Shown here: piece by piece, positions 13,730-27,693 of the stretch
Numbering within the stretch: the first letter of the stretch is position 1
Layout: each line of letters opens with the position of its first letter
NCBI GenBank assembly: GCA_964016885.1
Contig: OZ024755.1
Coordinates: forward strand, 29,388,001-29,452,000
Source of the DNA: Eledone cirrhosa
Lineage: Eukaryota
Direction of reading: 5' to 3'
Length of the DNA stretch: 64,000 nucleotides
The notes under the pieces: generated by a model
Seen by the model: only the letters and a program-made list of their open reading frames with translations
What the model was told of the DNA's origin: nothing
Databases searched by the model: none
Translations under genes and position numbers: made by a program

Positions 13730-14508
13730 TAATTGTTTCTACTTTTGGCGCAAGGCCAGCAATTATGCCAGTGTATTACTGGTACTTTATTTTATCGACC
13801 CCCGTAAGGATGAAAGGCAAAGTTAACCTCGGCGGAATTTGAACTCAGTCCATAAAGGGCCGTAACTCTTTGCTGCAAAGCATGGCTTGTTAAATAATAT
13901 ATGTTATATATATATATATATGTGTGCGCGCGTGGGAATGTGTGTATGTCTGTGCATGCACGTGTATCCATGTGATTAAGTTTGAAGCACATGAAAAACA
14001 ATGAAGAATGTACCACGGCACATGGACTCTCAAATAATCGACTTTTACTCCCGACACACGGAATAGGTTTGGCTCCTCTGGCTTTGGCTCCTCTCGCTTT
14101 GTAACGGTGAACCGGCAACATTTTAATAATTGTTTCTAGTTTTGACACAAGGCCAGCAATTATCCCAGTGCATTACTGGTACTTTATTTTATCGTCTCCG
14201 TAAGGATGAAAGGCAAAATTAACATCGGCGGAATTTGAACTCATATTGTAAAGGGGCGTAACTCTATGCTGTAAAGCATGGCGTCCGACACCTCCACCGA
14301 TACTGCTAATCCACCGCCCTAAATGTTAATAATTCTTTCTACTTTTGGCACAAGGCTATCAAATCACCCAGTACATTACTGGTACTTTATTTTATCGACC
14401 CCGTAAGGATGAAAGGCAAAGTTAACCTCGGCGGCATTTGAACTCAGAATGGCAAGGGCCGTAACTCTATGCGTCAAAGCATGACGTCCGACCCTCTACC
14501 GATACTGC
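13730..14508 (-). mobile_element. Three SINE copies (13730-13886, 14127-14320, 14330-14508)
   Basis: Consensus matches. Confidence 0.85.
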
Positions 14509-15232
14509 ATGGGACGTGGTGAAAAGAACGTCCGACATTCTGATGTCAAGAATGGGAGCAGACTGAACTATTTCAGAGCAACTTCAATCCGGTGTTTGCA
14601 ACTTCTCTGACTGTGAAATTATGTTAAACGGGAACCAATTTACAATGAGCAATCTTGTTGAACAAGACCGACGTTGTTTGAAAGGAAAGATATTGAACCT
14701 GAAGTCGATGGACGTACATTTGGCACTGTCACAGGCGTGTTCTTTGGATCCAGCAGGAATTATAACGAGGCCATCTTGAACAAACACTCTATCATCTCCT
14801 CCTTGTCGTTCAAATTAGGCTTGAATATGATAGTGTTTAATTTGTAGATAGTGCGTGGTTGGAAACTATTGATGACAGGATAGACATATGAACGATGAGT
14901 GCCAAGAAATCCACCCACCTTATAGTCGTGTAACATGCCAAGATATATAAATGGTTCTTAGGGTAGCATCAGTTTAACCTGCCTCGAAATTTATATTTAT
15001 CTCTTCTGTCTTCTGCTTCAGACGAGTATATTTCAAGTTTCAGAAGAGCTAGAGTATAAATAGTGTTGTGGGGGGTGTTCTAAGTTGGACTCATCCGAAC
15101 CGGCCAATGTAGCAAGACCAATTCATCAGAGGTGTAACAGCGAAAGAATAAAGCTGACTATGTCATCAGTACTTAACGTAAAGAGGAGTAGAACGTGTTA
15201 GTTAACTTGCTGGGACAACGTTTCTAGATATT

Positions 15233-15322
<90 letters not shown>

Positions 15323-15351
15323 CCCTTCATTATTTCTAATTTCTCATTCTT

Positions 15352-15387
15352 TCTTCTGATGATGGACTAGCGTCCAAAACGTTAAGA
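15352..15387 (+). ncRNA. Minimal hammerhead with G12>A change
   Basis: tctt CTGATGA t ggac tagc gtcc aAA ACGT T aaga: stems I and II intact, palindromic ACGT stem III; adjacent to (TA)n. Confidence 0.6.
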
Positions 15388-15875
15388 CCCTCTTCCTGCT
15401 ACATCAAGTTTATCCCGTGTTCAACCGGGGTAACCACAGTAAGTAAGGTACGCAATACAGGGCTTCCTGGTGATTTCTCCCGAATGAAATAGTTCTAGTC
15501 CTGTAGAAGCAATTCCTATATTGAATATACATATATAAACATACAGTATATATATATATACATGATAATAGTACATGTATATTACATGTACTTCAAAGTT
15601 ACACTGTGGCAAACAGATCATGGTACTAAACTGTATAGTATGTTTGGGATTTCAAATATATAGCAGTAAAACAGCTCCGAAATATATTTAAATCTTAATT
15701 AAGTTAAAACCATCAAAATAGCATTGATCTGGAAATTGTACATGAACATGAATTCAGTACTGAGATATTCTATCTGCTAGTGCGATTTCTTAAGAAAAGG
15801 AACAATAATTTAAATGCCTTCGGAGATACAACTTAATATTTACATTCCCTCTATGTGTATTGGTGTGTTTCTGAA

Positions 15876-16064
15876 TAATTGTTTTTACTTTTGGCACAAG
15901 GCCATCAATTACCCAGTGCATTACTGGTACTTTATTTTATCGACCCCGTAAGGATGAAAGGCAAAGTTAACCTCGGTGGGATTTGAACTCAGACCGCAAA
16001 GGGACGTAACTATGCTGGAAAGCATGGCGTCCGACCCTCTACCGATACTGCCAAGCCACCACCC
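15876..16064 (-). mobile_element. SINE with TSD
   Basis: Consensus match; GTGTTTCTGAATAAT duplicated. Confidence 0.88.
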
Positions 16065-16257
16065 GTGTGTTTCTGAATAATGCGAGTGAATTGAGAAAAT
16101 GCTTAAGAATCAACTTCACATTTTAGTTAAAAGTATTGCTTTTCATTTGCACTCATATACATTTTCTGTCTAAATATTTGATATGTATTAATTTAGCAAT
16201 ATTTATTACATTCGCTTTGGTCGGCTATCACATACATATATCCATATAATGTGTATA

Positions 16258-16461
<204 letters not shown>

Positions 16462-16729
16462 ATATAAATATAAACGTTTGAATTTGTAAAGCCAAAACAA
16501 TGCAGGTATGGACATACAATAAAAAATGCAAATGCAAAAGATATTGTTGATAATTAGTCTTTTACCTTAGATTTATTTAAATGTCCTTAATTTTCGAGAT
16601 AATATCACTTCTGCGGAGGGAAGTAAAGCGGTTAAACCAGTGTTCTAAATAGCTTGCCAAGTCATGGTGACAGGAAATGGTATAGAGTATCTGATCTATC
16701 TCTAATGTCAAAGATAACTTCCTCCTTAC

Positions 16730-16815
<86 letters not shown>

Positions 16816-16936
16816 GCACACCTGTTTGCATAGCTATTGGTACATACACCATTAACTATCCTGATGCAAGTCTCATTACATATTACTATTAGCAGACACT
16901 TGCAAGCATGGGCCACCTTCCTAAGGTTGGGCACAT

Positions 16937-16978
<42 letters not shown>

Positions 16979-17064
16979 GGGACTAACATTTATCGAGGAC
17001 TTTTTCATCATAAAAGCTAGAAATAAATCGTACTGTATTGCTATTATCTGCGTAAATCTTTATT

Positions 17065-17117
<53 letters not shown>

Positions 17118-17825
17118 TTTATACTTTTGCTCAAACATACATTCATACAACCGCATCACACACACAGACACAAATACATTTACACACGATATGATATCAC
17201 ATACTGCGTTTATTTACATAAGTTGCTTCTATTTTCATCGTAACTGCATCTATTTACTTCATATAACAGTAAATAATAATTTCTTCCCTTATATTTACTA
17301 TTGTCTATTTATGGGACTTAATAAAAACTCTGCTGCAATATATTAATATTCAATGGATTTGGACTAAATATAAATTTAGTAACCGATGGATGTGTCTACC
17401 AGAATCAATGTAAATTTGGTTTTCCTCAAACGTACTACATTTTATTTCTTTCATCAAATTGATGTATGGTATAGAGGCTTTTATATATAGCAAGATTGAT
17501 GAGTTTATGCGAAATTTCATCTGGCATAAATCCATTAGTTCATTGCAAATCTATTAAAGATTTGATTATGTTATTATGATCCAATGAAAGATACTTTTTT
17601 CAACTATACAATAAAACGCATTCCATTATTATGCATCTGTACAGCTTGTTGGAGGGAAGGCCAGGTTACATTGACTTTATAAGTAACACACGGGGGACGT
17701 CAGTTATTTCGAGAGGTTTTTGCTCAATACAAACATAATACTTCAGTCAATATCGCATGATCAAAAGTGGCCTCCTTGTAAAGCTTGTATAGAATATGCA
17801 TAAGAAATGTGTAAATAAATATTGT

Positions 17826-18272
17826 AAGGCCCCAGTCGGTCACGAATGACCATGGTTTTGCACCTAGAAAGTTTTCCTCCGAGGCAGAAGCCTGGACAAG
17901 GTTTGTTTTGTGCAAGACCAGCAGTCGCCCATGCATACCAGTCTCTCCTCTCCACACCACCGATGATGTCCAAGGGAAAGGCAATGGCCGATACAGTTTG
18001 TCACCAGTGACATCACAACTCATACACAATATATATACATTATATATACTCTATATACAGGATATATTATACACTATATATGATGATGTCCAAGGAAAAG
18101 GCAATGGCTGATACAACTTGGCACCAGTGACGTCACAACTCATTTCTACAGCTGAGTAATCTGGAGCAACGTAAAATAAAGTGTCTTGCTCAAGGACACA
18201 ACGCATCACCCGATCCGAGAATCGAACTCACAACCTCTCAAGTGCAAGTCCAATGCTCTAACCACTAAGCCT
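17826..18272 (-). mobile_element. Second tRNA-derived SINE family with an internal ~60-bp duplication
   Basis: Minus head gcttagtggttagagc...gagttcgattctc; body tgtgtccttgagcaagacactttattt. Related copies at 19790-19868, 24095-24407, 25775-25964. Confidence 0.75.
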
Positions 18273-18610
18273 ATAAATAAATAACAAAGCTAATATCTTT
18301 CATTGCGTTTCCCTCACAATGATCCGGGGGACGCCTTCTCTGAGTAAGTAGGAAGTAAAGTGCACCTTCTACGCTTATTATCTGTTTAGCACAGTCTATT
18401 ACAGATTGTCAAACATATTCGCGGAACTTTTATAAACTCGTCAGTGATATAGTTCACTCACGAGTTTGAATGGCTCTTCCATCGCCTTTCCCTCACCATC
18501 TGCCGGGGTAACGCCTTCTCTATTCTGTCCACCGGAGCCGAAGAGGTAGCCGGGGCGTGGGCCACCATTTGTTAATAATAGTGAAAGAGGGCGAGAGCGT
18601 GAGAGACGTA

Positions 18611-19086
18611 GTGAGAGTTTGGTTCCGTTGTGCTCGGACCTGGTGTATATATGTATATATTTCACTGGTGCACAATAACACTGAGGCAGTGACAGTGAGA
18701 GTCTGGTTCCCTTGTGCTCGGACCTGGTGTATATATGTATATATTTCACTGGCGCACAATAACACTGAGGCAGGCAGTGACAGTGGGAGTGTGGTACCCT
18801 TGTGCTCGGACCTGGTGTATATATGTATATATTACACTGGTGCACAATAACACTGAGGCAGTGACAGTGAGAGTTTGGTTCCATTGTGGCCGGACCTGGT
18901 GTATATATGTATATATTACACTGGTGCACAATAAAACTGAGGCAGTGACAGTGAGAGTTTGGTTCCATTGTGGCCGGACCTGGTGTATATATGTATATAT
19001 TACACTGGTGCACAATAACACTGAGGCAGTGACAGTGGGAGTTTGATTCCCTTGTGCTCGGACCTGGTGTGTATATATGTATATAT
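18611..19086. repeat. 84-bp minisatellite, ~5.6 units, plus a remnant at ~19560-19610
   Basis: Unit starts at 18611, 18695, 18783, 18867, 18951, 19035. Confidence 0.93.
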
Positions 19087-19092
19087 ATATAT

Positions 19093-19555
19093 GTATCCCA
19101 GTACAACCTGTTTCATGGTCGGGTCGTTGGCGACTAAACTGGCAACGCCACCAAGGTTTCTTGGTGAGGAGGGTGACTTTGGACATCCTGCAGGACTAAA
19201 ATCAAAACCTGTCAAAGGGATAAGGAGCTCTTAAGAGTCAATGGCCATCCAAAATCACCGGGAGAGATGATCCCTTAGCCTTTGTCAAGGCAAAATTCTA
19301 GGAGAAGGAAAACTCTGATATAACACCTGCAACCTTGATGGTATCCAATGATGTTGACTTGTTCTTCTTTTTGGTAAATATCATCTTGGTTAAGAGAGTG
19401 GGACTGGCTTTGTGCAGTGCCTTTCCTCACTATAAAAGCTTCACGGCACAGGCATTGCTTTATATCTGGGGATCTCTCTGCACTTGTCGTCGTAGGGGTT
19501 CTCCTACATGGATATAAAGTAGTGGCCGTACTCGAAAACGAGTAGGCAGCCACCA
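19093..19555 (+). mobile_element. Non-coding retroelement with RTE-like 5' UTR motif (internally deleted copy)
   Basis: Reverse complement of 57980-58590; contains CTAGGAGAAGGAAAACTCTGA; interrupts the sixth minisatellite unit. Confidence 0.65.
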
Positions 19556-21488
19556 TATATATGTATACATATATATCTTTTACTGACGCACACTAACACT
19601 GAGGCAGTGTAGTTAGTTATATGAGTTATGAATTACACTGTTTAATCTACTTACGAAAGGCATTTAAGGAAATTTTAAAAGTTATAAAAAATTATAAAAG
19701 TTATAAAAGATTTTAACGATATTTTGGGTCGTCAAGTATCAAATTTGTAGAAATTTCTTTTTTTTTTTTTACGAATTTCTATAAATGTCATCACCCGGTC
19801 CGGGAAACGAACTCACAACCTCACGATTCTGAACCCAATTCTCTAACCACTCAGCTCCGCGCCTCCATCGGTACTTATTTACAACCTAATATTGGTGAAA
19901 ATGGCACTAAAATCTGCAATGAATTCCTTCCTGGATAGATTTAGTCACCAATGTTAAAGGCCAAAATTTTGGATTTTTATACAATATTCTTATATTTGTT
20001 TTACAATTGATTCAAATCCTCGTAATATGTAATTTATTTTTCATCCATCCTCATCCATATATGGATATATACCAGCAAATTTAAATACATCATTTATTAA
20101 ATCTATACCATATATCTAAACGGTTCTTGAGTATCTATCCAATCTTGTATTTTATACAGCACATTATTGTCATTGAATACATATTTGTTGGTGTACATGT
20201 GTGAGTGTGGGTGAATGTGTGCGCATGCGTCAGCGTTTGACCCACTGTATTATATAAGAGTATGCATAGATATAAATGTTTGTGATACGTATAAATATGT
20301 TAATACATTTGTACGGTATTCGTCACATCTAACGATGGGGAATATTTAGAATAAACTAGACCACCCATGACCAAGTTGGGTCACGTCCCTTCAACAACAC
20401 CACCAACTCTCTCTCTCTCTCTTCCATTTTCTTTCTCTCTCTCTATATATATATATATATGTCTCTCTTTCAATCTACTCTCTCACAACCGCTATCTCTT
20501 TATCTGTCTATTTCTATCTCTCTCTATTCATGAAAGTACTCAGAAAAACACCGTATCTCGAGAACCCTTGTTCCGATATACGCGAAACTTGTTTTATTCC
20601 ATTTGTATTACCATTTCAGGGGCAATTTCCTTTCGAAGTATTTTCCCATTATGCGCCGTTTTGGCTGTATTAAATTATAGTCAAGCTCACAATCACAGAG
20701 TTTTAGTAGTATATAGATATACATTTATATGTCCAGATTCCTTCATTTTTTGTTGATTGATGATCGAATCAGTACTCCCATATCTGTTCTATACATCGAT
20801 TGGGTACATTCAATATATTACTGTAATATATTATATTTCTACGGAGATATAAATAGACAAATATGAAGATTAAGCACGCTGGGGTATAATAAATTATCTC
20901 TTAGGCTAAACTTTCATAATATTAATGAATCAGGAATGTTACATTCCCGTCTGACATTTCACAGACCTTATTTATAAATATATATCTGGCCACTACAGAT
21001 TTTAAATATTATTGCAGATACAGAAATATTATGTGGCATAGCATGACAGTAAAATTCTCATGCATCGCAAGTTATGAATAATTTCCTATGAAACAGTTCT
21101 AGTCCTGTAGAAGCCATTTCTATATTAAATATTATATATATTCGACATGATGTTGGAAATTATTCATTTATGCCGGAATAAGTTTGATAATGTTTGTCCC
21201 TAGGTCAGCTTTGATGAAACAGACTTACGCTCGAAAGTGGTTTAGTGTATGTCACATCATAGTGTATCAGGATTTGCAATAGTCAATGTCTTATTTTTAA
21301 GGTGTGTAGACTGATCTGATGGACCGGTGATTCAGCAGGTATTACCAGCAGTTTGAAAGATCAAACAGGGAACACCGATTTCGCTTCACTGTGCAATACG
21401 CGCCTACTCATGCTGCATACGAAAATTGTATCTTGTTACTAATACATTTTCTTATATAAAAAATATGTCGCTGAATTTTCATTTCTAG

Positions 21489-21737
21489 AAGCTACCAGGC
21501 CTTGACCGCTGTGACGGCAGGCGCCCCTATGGAATTACCCTCTTCCCATTCGAAAGGAGTTAGATTCATTACCTGGAATGGTACATGTGGCACATTCTTC
21601 GCCTCTAAATTAATCGCTTCGGCCACAAACCCCGGTACTCCAGGGAGAAGGAAGATAAACAAATACCTGGGATTGTCCGGTTTGTTTACGCCCAGGTTAC
21701 TCTCGATTAAGTATAACAAAAATCAAATGTTTTCCAG
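21489..21737 (+). CDS. Candidate internal coding exon (phase 2-2, 249 nt), product unidentified
   Basis: Acceptor ttttcatttctag|, donor ccag|gtaaat; one open frame SYQALTAVTAGAPMEL...NKNQMFS; GC-rich non-repeat island. Confidence 0.55.
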
Positions 21738-21797
21738 GTAAATTTCTCTAATCTTGCTTAGTGTATATGTAACTAAGCTCTACAGCATTTCATTATC

Positions 21798-22184
21798 GGT
21801 GGATTGGCAGTATCGGTAGAGGGTCGGACGCCATGCTTACCAGCATAGTTACGTCCCTTTACGATCTGAGTTCAAATCCCGCCAAGGTTGACTTTGCCTT
21901 TCATCCTTACGGGGTCGATAAAATAAAGTACCAGTAATGCACTGGTTAATTGCTGGCCTTGTGCCTAAAGTAGAAACAATTATTTCTTTAAGTCAGGGAC
22001 GGGGGATTGGCAGTAACGGTAGAGAGTCAGACGACTTGCTTTCCATCATAGTTACCTCCCATTACGATCTCAGTTCAAATCCCGCCAAGGTTAACTTTGC
22101 CTTTCATCCTTACGGGGTCGATAAAATAAAGTACCAGTAACGTACTGATAATAGCTGGCCTTGTGCCAAAAGTAGAAACAATTA
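21798..22184 (+). mobile_element. Tandem SINE pair (21798-21983, 21996-22184)
   Basis: Consensus; both followed by ttatttctttaagt. Confidence 0.85.
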
Positions 22185-22893
22185 TTTCTTTAAGTTGACA
22201 CAGTATGGTTTAATGAAACACCCAAGTTTCCTAGAAAATCAGATCATATACGAAGAGAAAGGAACATCATATTTATATAATTCGGGAAATTACCATTTGT
22301 GTTTAAAACGAAAATTTAATTGCTTTTTAATGCTGATAATAAGGCATGGGATTTTTCAGGTGAGAAATGAATTTGGTTCATCAGCAAAACATTTAAGCTG
22401 TTAATTAGCGGTAATTACTTATTAATCAAATGAGTTAAAACACAACGTTTCCCCTTGGAAAAGTTTCATCTAGCTTGAGGATACGCGAAATGCAGTTTGC
22501 ATATTATTAGCATTTCGCTTAAACTGAATGAATCTCAGTATGTATTTTTCTATGTATTACTAATTTTATATATGTATGAAACACATTGTTATCTCTGATC
22601 AAGAGGAAGCGAGAGTTTATTTAAATACATATGAACATGAGAAAACTGATCGCTGAAACAGCCCTTAAAACAGCCACATTCTGTCTAAGACAAAAATGAC
22701 TCAGAGCTCAGCGGCCGTTAGTTGACAGAGAGAGAATCCCGTGGTGGATGAAAGGTTGATGAAATATAGAAAAGATTGAATGGAGAAGAACAAGATGTGT
22801 GTTGACGCATCCACCTCGGTGATTGTCTCTCTGTCGACCACAGGCCGCTGGTCCCCTGAGGCATTTTTGCCCATCGCGAGTCTACATGTTAAC

Positions 22894-22985
22894 GCATATC
22901 TGAGAAGCTTCCGATTCCAGAGTCAGGTTCCATCATTAATCGATCGTTCCTCGAGCTGATCGACAGTGAAACATATGTAATATGC
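22894..22985 (+). ncRNA. Hammerhead-like motif with variant core
   Basis: gcatat CTGAGAA gct...agt GAA ACATATGT A atatgc: perfect 6-bp stem I and palindromic stem III; core G8 altered. Confidence 0.6.
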
Positions 22986-23115
22986 AATTAAATATGCATA
23001 TGATGAAATACTGATTCTTAGTTACCTTATATATTATTATTGATACTCTGCTCCCCAAGAGCATCGAGTCGACAAACCGGCATCCGCCTACGGACGCAAT
23101 TAATTTGCACCTCTA

Positions 23116-23170
<55 letters not shown>

Positions 23171-23287
23171 GGAGGTGAGTTTTATTGTAGTACAATAAAG
23201 CAATGCAGATATCGGATAAGAAGCACTCTACAGTTTGTAGGACTGGAGTATACATAATATATGGAACTCTTTTAACCATCTTTTGTT

Positions 23288-23350
<63 letters not shown>

Positions 23351-23351
<1 letters not shown>

Positions 23352-23624
23352 TCGTCAGAAATAGAAGATTTCAACGTATTTTTGACTAAAGACATGTTAG
23401 TCTGATAGTGAGGTTTAAAAACCCTCTGAAAATGAAAAAGGTGGAGTAGTGACGTACATCATGGTGAAATGGCAGCACCGTGCTCTGCATAACAAAAGAT
23501 GTGGGTTCGGCTCCCACTTATATCAGTACTAAACCTTTTCCAGTTTTAGAGGGTTTTTAAACCCCACCCACAGGCTAAAATAGCTGTAGCCAAAAATACG
23601 GCGAGAGCTTCTATTTCTAACGAA
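23351..23624. mobile_element. Diverged inverted-repeat element enclosing a tRNA-like sequence (23454-23529)
   Basis: Arms ttcgtcagaaatagaag / cttctatttctaacgaa and ggtttaaaaaccctct / agagggtttttaaacc; inside, D-arm GGTG-aaatggcag-CACC and T-arm GTGGG-TTCGGCT-CCCAC. Confidence 0.55.
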
Positions 23625-23658
23625 TTTCAAACTTCGCTTGCTGTTTTAAAACAAACTT

Positions 23659-23711
<53 letters not shown>

Positions 23712-24094
23712 ATAGAACACTGGAAGATAATATCCGTAGTGGTAGAGCACTCAGTCCATGGGACGAGTTAGGTAGAAGTGATAACACAACAGTTAATTCA
23801 CCATACCATACTAAGGTGAAACAATTGTTCTCGGTATGGTGAACTAATTGTTGTGTACCCACTTCTATATATATATATATATATATACTGGGGTAAATTC
23901 AATTGACTGTAGACATTTACTGCACTACCATCTTCTTAAGTCCCCCAGAAAATCAAATTTATGCTATGCAATCCGGCACATTCCGGGAACATCTACATGA
24001 CTGCGCTATTTGCTAGACATACCATTTCCTACAAATGCGACTCTATGACTTATTATTATTGATTTACTTGTTTGTGTGTTTCGCTTCATGGCTT

Positions 24095-24407
24095 GACGTA
24101 AAATTCTGTGTTGAAAGGATAAAGCCTGTCTTGAACCAGAGCGCTCGTTAGGCTGGTCATTATCCCGGTTCCATGACGTGAAGCGACTGCGAGTACAATA
24201 CTCACCCATGGGCAGGACGCCAGTCCATTGTAGGGTTAAACCCCCAGCAATTGCCGATACTTTTTTTCAGCTGAGTATATATACTGCAACAACGTGAAAT
24301 GAAGTATTTTGCTGAAGAACACAGCATGCAGCCCAGCCCAGAAATCAAACCCATGAAATTATTATCGTAGGTCCAACACCACTACCACAGGGCCATGCGC
24401 CTCCACA
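24095..24407 (-). mobile_element. Second SINE family, diverged copy
   Basis: aacgtgaaatgaagtattttgctgaagaacacagc... motif. Confidence 0.6.
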
Positions 24408-24948
24408 AAGTATAGGTGGACAATAATTGAGTCATCAGTGTGTCAAAACTGTGTCGTTATTCCTTCAAAGCGTCGATACACAAGACAGTTAACTCTCTTC
24501 TGCCTGGATCATATTGAACAACTGAATGTGTATAATTCAATGCTTTAAGCACGTACGTATCCAAGACGTTGACATGTTGCATGTTAACTTCCAAACGAAT
24601 AAGGGTTCCCATTAATACATGTCTTAAGCAGAGCAATATTTTCTCCTTCTTTAAATGTTTTGGATTCATAAATTGTCACGAATATATTATAGAAATTTAT
24701 AACTGATTGAATTGTATTCCATACAACATCAGTACACAATAGATCTCTACCGGAAGAATGAAGTGAAATGTGTGTGACGGTGTGATCTGGGGTTGACTTT
24801 TGACTTCTTTTCCTTCCCAAAACATGTATTAATGTAGCTCAATAAAACAATACAATCTGGCAATTGTTGGATTCTCATTGCTTTATCTACTTATTTTAAT
24901 ACTCATTATTTACACTAGCACATGGCCACACACACACACAGACACACA

Positions 24949-25009
<61 letters not shown>

Positions 25010-25197
25010 GTGTGTGTGGGGGCGTTTATCCCGGGTTCAATCGGAGGTAACCACAGTAAGTAAGGTACTCAGTAGATAGAAGAGTATAAATGGTTAATAC
25101 AGAAATGGCTTCTACAGGACTAGGACTGTTTCATTCGGGAGAAATCATCATATAATAATATAGTAATACAAGGACGATTTGTTAAGCCTTCACTTCA

Positions 25198-25303
25198 TTA
25201 CGTTTATTGGTTGGTGACGCGCGTTTCGCTATTAATCAGCTCGATCAGATCGAACCTTGTGCTGAACAATAGCGAAACGTGCGTCACCAACCAATAAACG
25301 TAA
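25198..25303. repeat. Fold-back of a hammerhead 3' half (family D)
   Basis: 36-bp arms; GAA ACGCGCGT C acc on minus and GAA ACGTGCGT C acc on plus. Confidence 0.65.
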
Positions 25304-25332
25304 TTCTCTCTCTCTCTCTCTCTTTCTATATA

Positions 25333-25486
25333 TAACGCACCAAAGTACTCAATACTTAGGGTAGTAGAGTGGGTAATAGGAACAAGTAAGACCTCGACGG
25401 CTGAGCTCAAGCCGTTTCGACGGCTAATTCTGTACAGAATTAGCCGTCGAAAGGGCTTGAGCTCAGCCTTCGGGGTCTTACTTGTT

Positions 25487-25490
<4 letters not shown>
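25333..25490. mobile_element. TA-embedded fold-back element, family A
   Basis: Palindrome centred on ctgTAcag; arms contain GAAACGGCTTGAGCTCAGCCGTC. Confidence 0.8.
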
Positions 25491-25527
<37 letters not shown>

Positions 25528-25530
<3 letters not shown>

Positions 25531-25712
25531 CTTGACCAGTATGCCGGGCGTCCATTCCGCGGCGCTGGTCACACCACGCTGTCCATTCCTCTCTCGATCG
25601 TGCTTCATCAATGTAGTCCCAATCATATTCCTAAAATCGTAACTCCACCTTTGTGGAGGCCTTCCGAGTGGTCGTTTCCACGACGTGTCCAACCCATCTA
25701 AACTTGCACACG
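25528..25712 (-). mobile_element. RTE-like LINE 3' fragment
   Basis: KRPLGRPPQRW motif. Confidence 0.55.
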
Positions 25713-25961
25713 GAATATATATATATATATATATATTTTTTTTTTATAGGAACTATCGACTTTCGTCAAATCGGACCGAGGAAACAATGTTTCCGTTGGT
25801 GTTTCCAATTGCTAATAATATCTATCGGTCGCAACTCCAGGTAGAAGGAGCAACGTGAAATAAAGTGTCTTGCTCAAGGACATAACGCATCGCCTGGTCC
25901 AGGAATCGAACTCGCAACCTTACGATTGCGAATCCAATTCTCTAACCACTCAGCCAAACGC

Positions 25962-26023
<62 letters not shown>

Positions 26024-26121
26024 AGTCTGTATACATATATGTATGGACGTATACATACTTATATTTAAGTAACAGCCGTACTAAGTGTGAGAAATTTAAT
26101 TTCGTTTCATTGTTTACGTTT

Positions 26122-26966
<845 letters not shown>

Positions 26967-27247
26967 AGTATTGAAGTTTCCGTTGAAAACTGAAAAAGTC
27001 ATAGGAGTGAAGAGTGTTCTATGTAAGTACCAGAGCAAAATTTAATGTATAATAAACAATACGGGAAGCCTCTGGTAATGAGGTAATTATATTGTATTGT
27101 TTATTATACATTACATATATATATATATATATATAATTATATATATATATTTCGTTTCTGAATTTGTTTAGCAAGATTCTTTATCTGAAATCGTGTGTTG
27201 AAACCGATATTGTTATACTTATTGGCAACATGACCCTCCCAAAGTAT

Positions 27248-27362
<115 letters not shown>

Positions 27363-27382
27363 TATATATATATATATATATA

Positions 27383-27436
<54 letters not shown>

Positions 27437-27491
27437 TATATATATATATACGATATTAAACAAATGGAAACTATATTTATAAAACCATATT

Positions 27492-27557
27492 TATTTCATT
27501 ATAAATATTTCAGGGATACCATATTAAAAATATGGCATGCCTTCTTCAGATAAAATA
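27492..27557 (-). ncRNA. Type I hammerhead ribozyme (family C)
   Basis: tattttat CTGAAGA aggcatgccatat tttta atatggtatccct GAA Ata tt taT A atgaaata. Confidence 0.8.
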
Positions 27558-27627
27558 CAATTCTTACATAAAAGTTGATCAATATTTATGGTACGTCAAA
27601 TTTATTTATAAAACTGCTTATATATTG

Positions 27628-27693
27628 TATTTTATCTGAAGAAGGCATGCCATATTTTTAATATGGTATCCCTGAAATATGTATAATGAAATA
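27628..27693 (+). ncRNA. Type I hammerhead ribozyme (family C), inverted partner
   Basis: tattttat CTGAAGA aggcatgccatat tttta atatggtatccct GAA Ata tg taT A atgaaata: 8-bp stem I, 12/13-bp stem II, AUA site. Confidence 0.8.

Noticed and set aside
14510-15230. Possible LTR-retrotransposon remnant
   Set aside because: Multiple stops in the frames read and no diagnostic motif I can support.
18441-19186. Cys/His-rich repeat ORFs
   Set aside because: Translations of the 84-bp minisatellite, open in several frames.
23454-23529. Functional tRNA-Cys gene
   Set aside because: Acceptor and anticodon stems do not pair.
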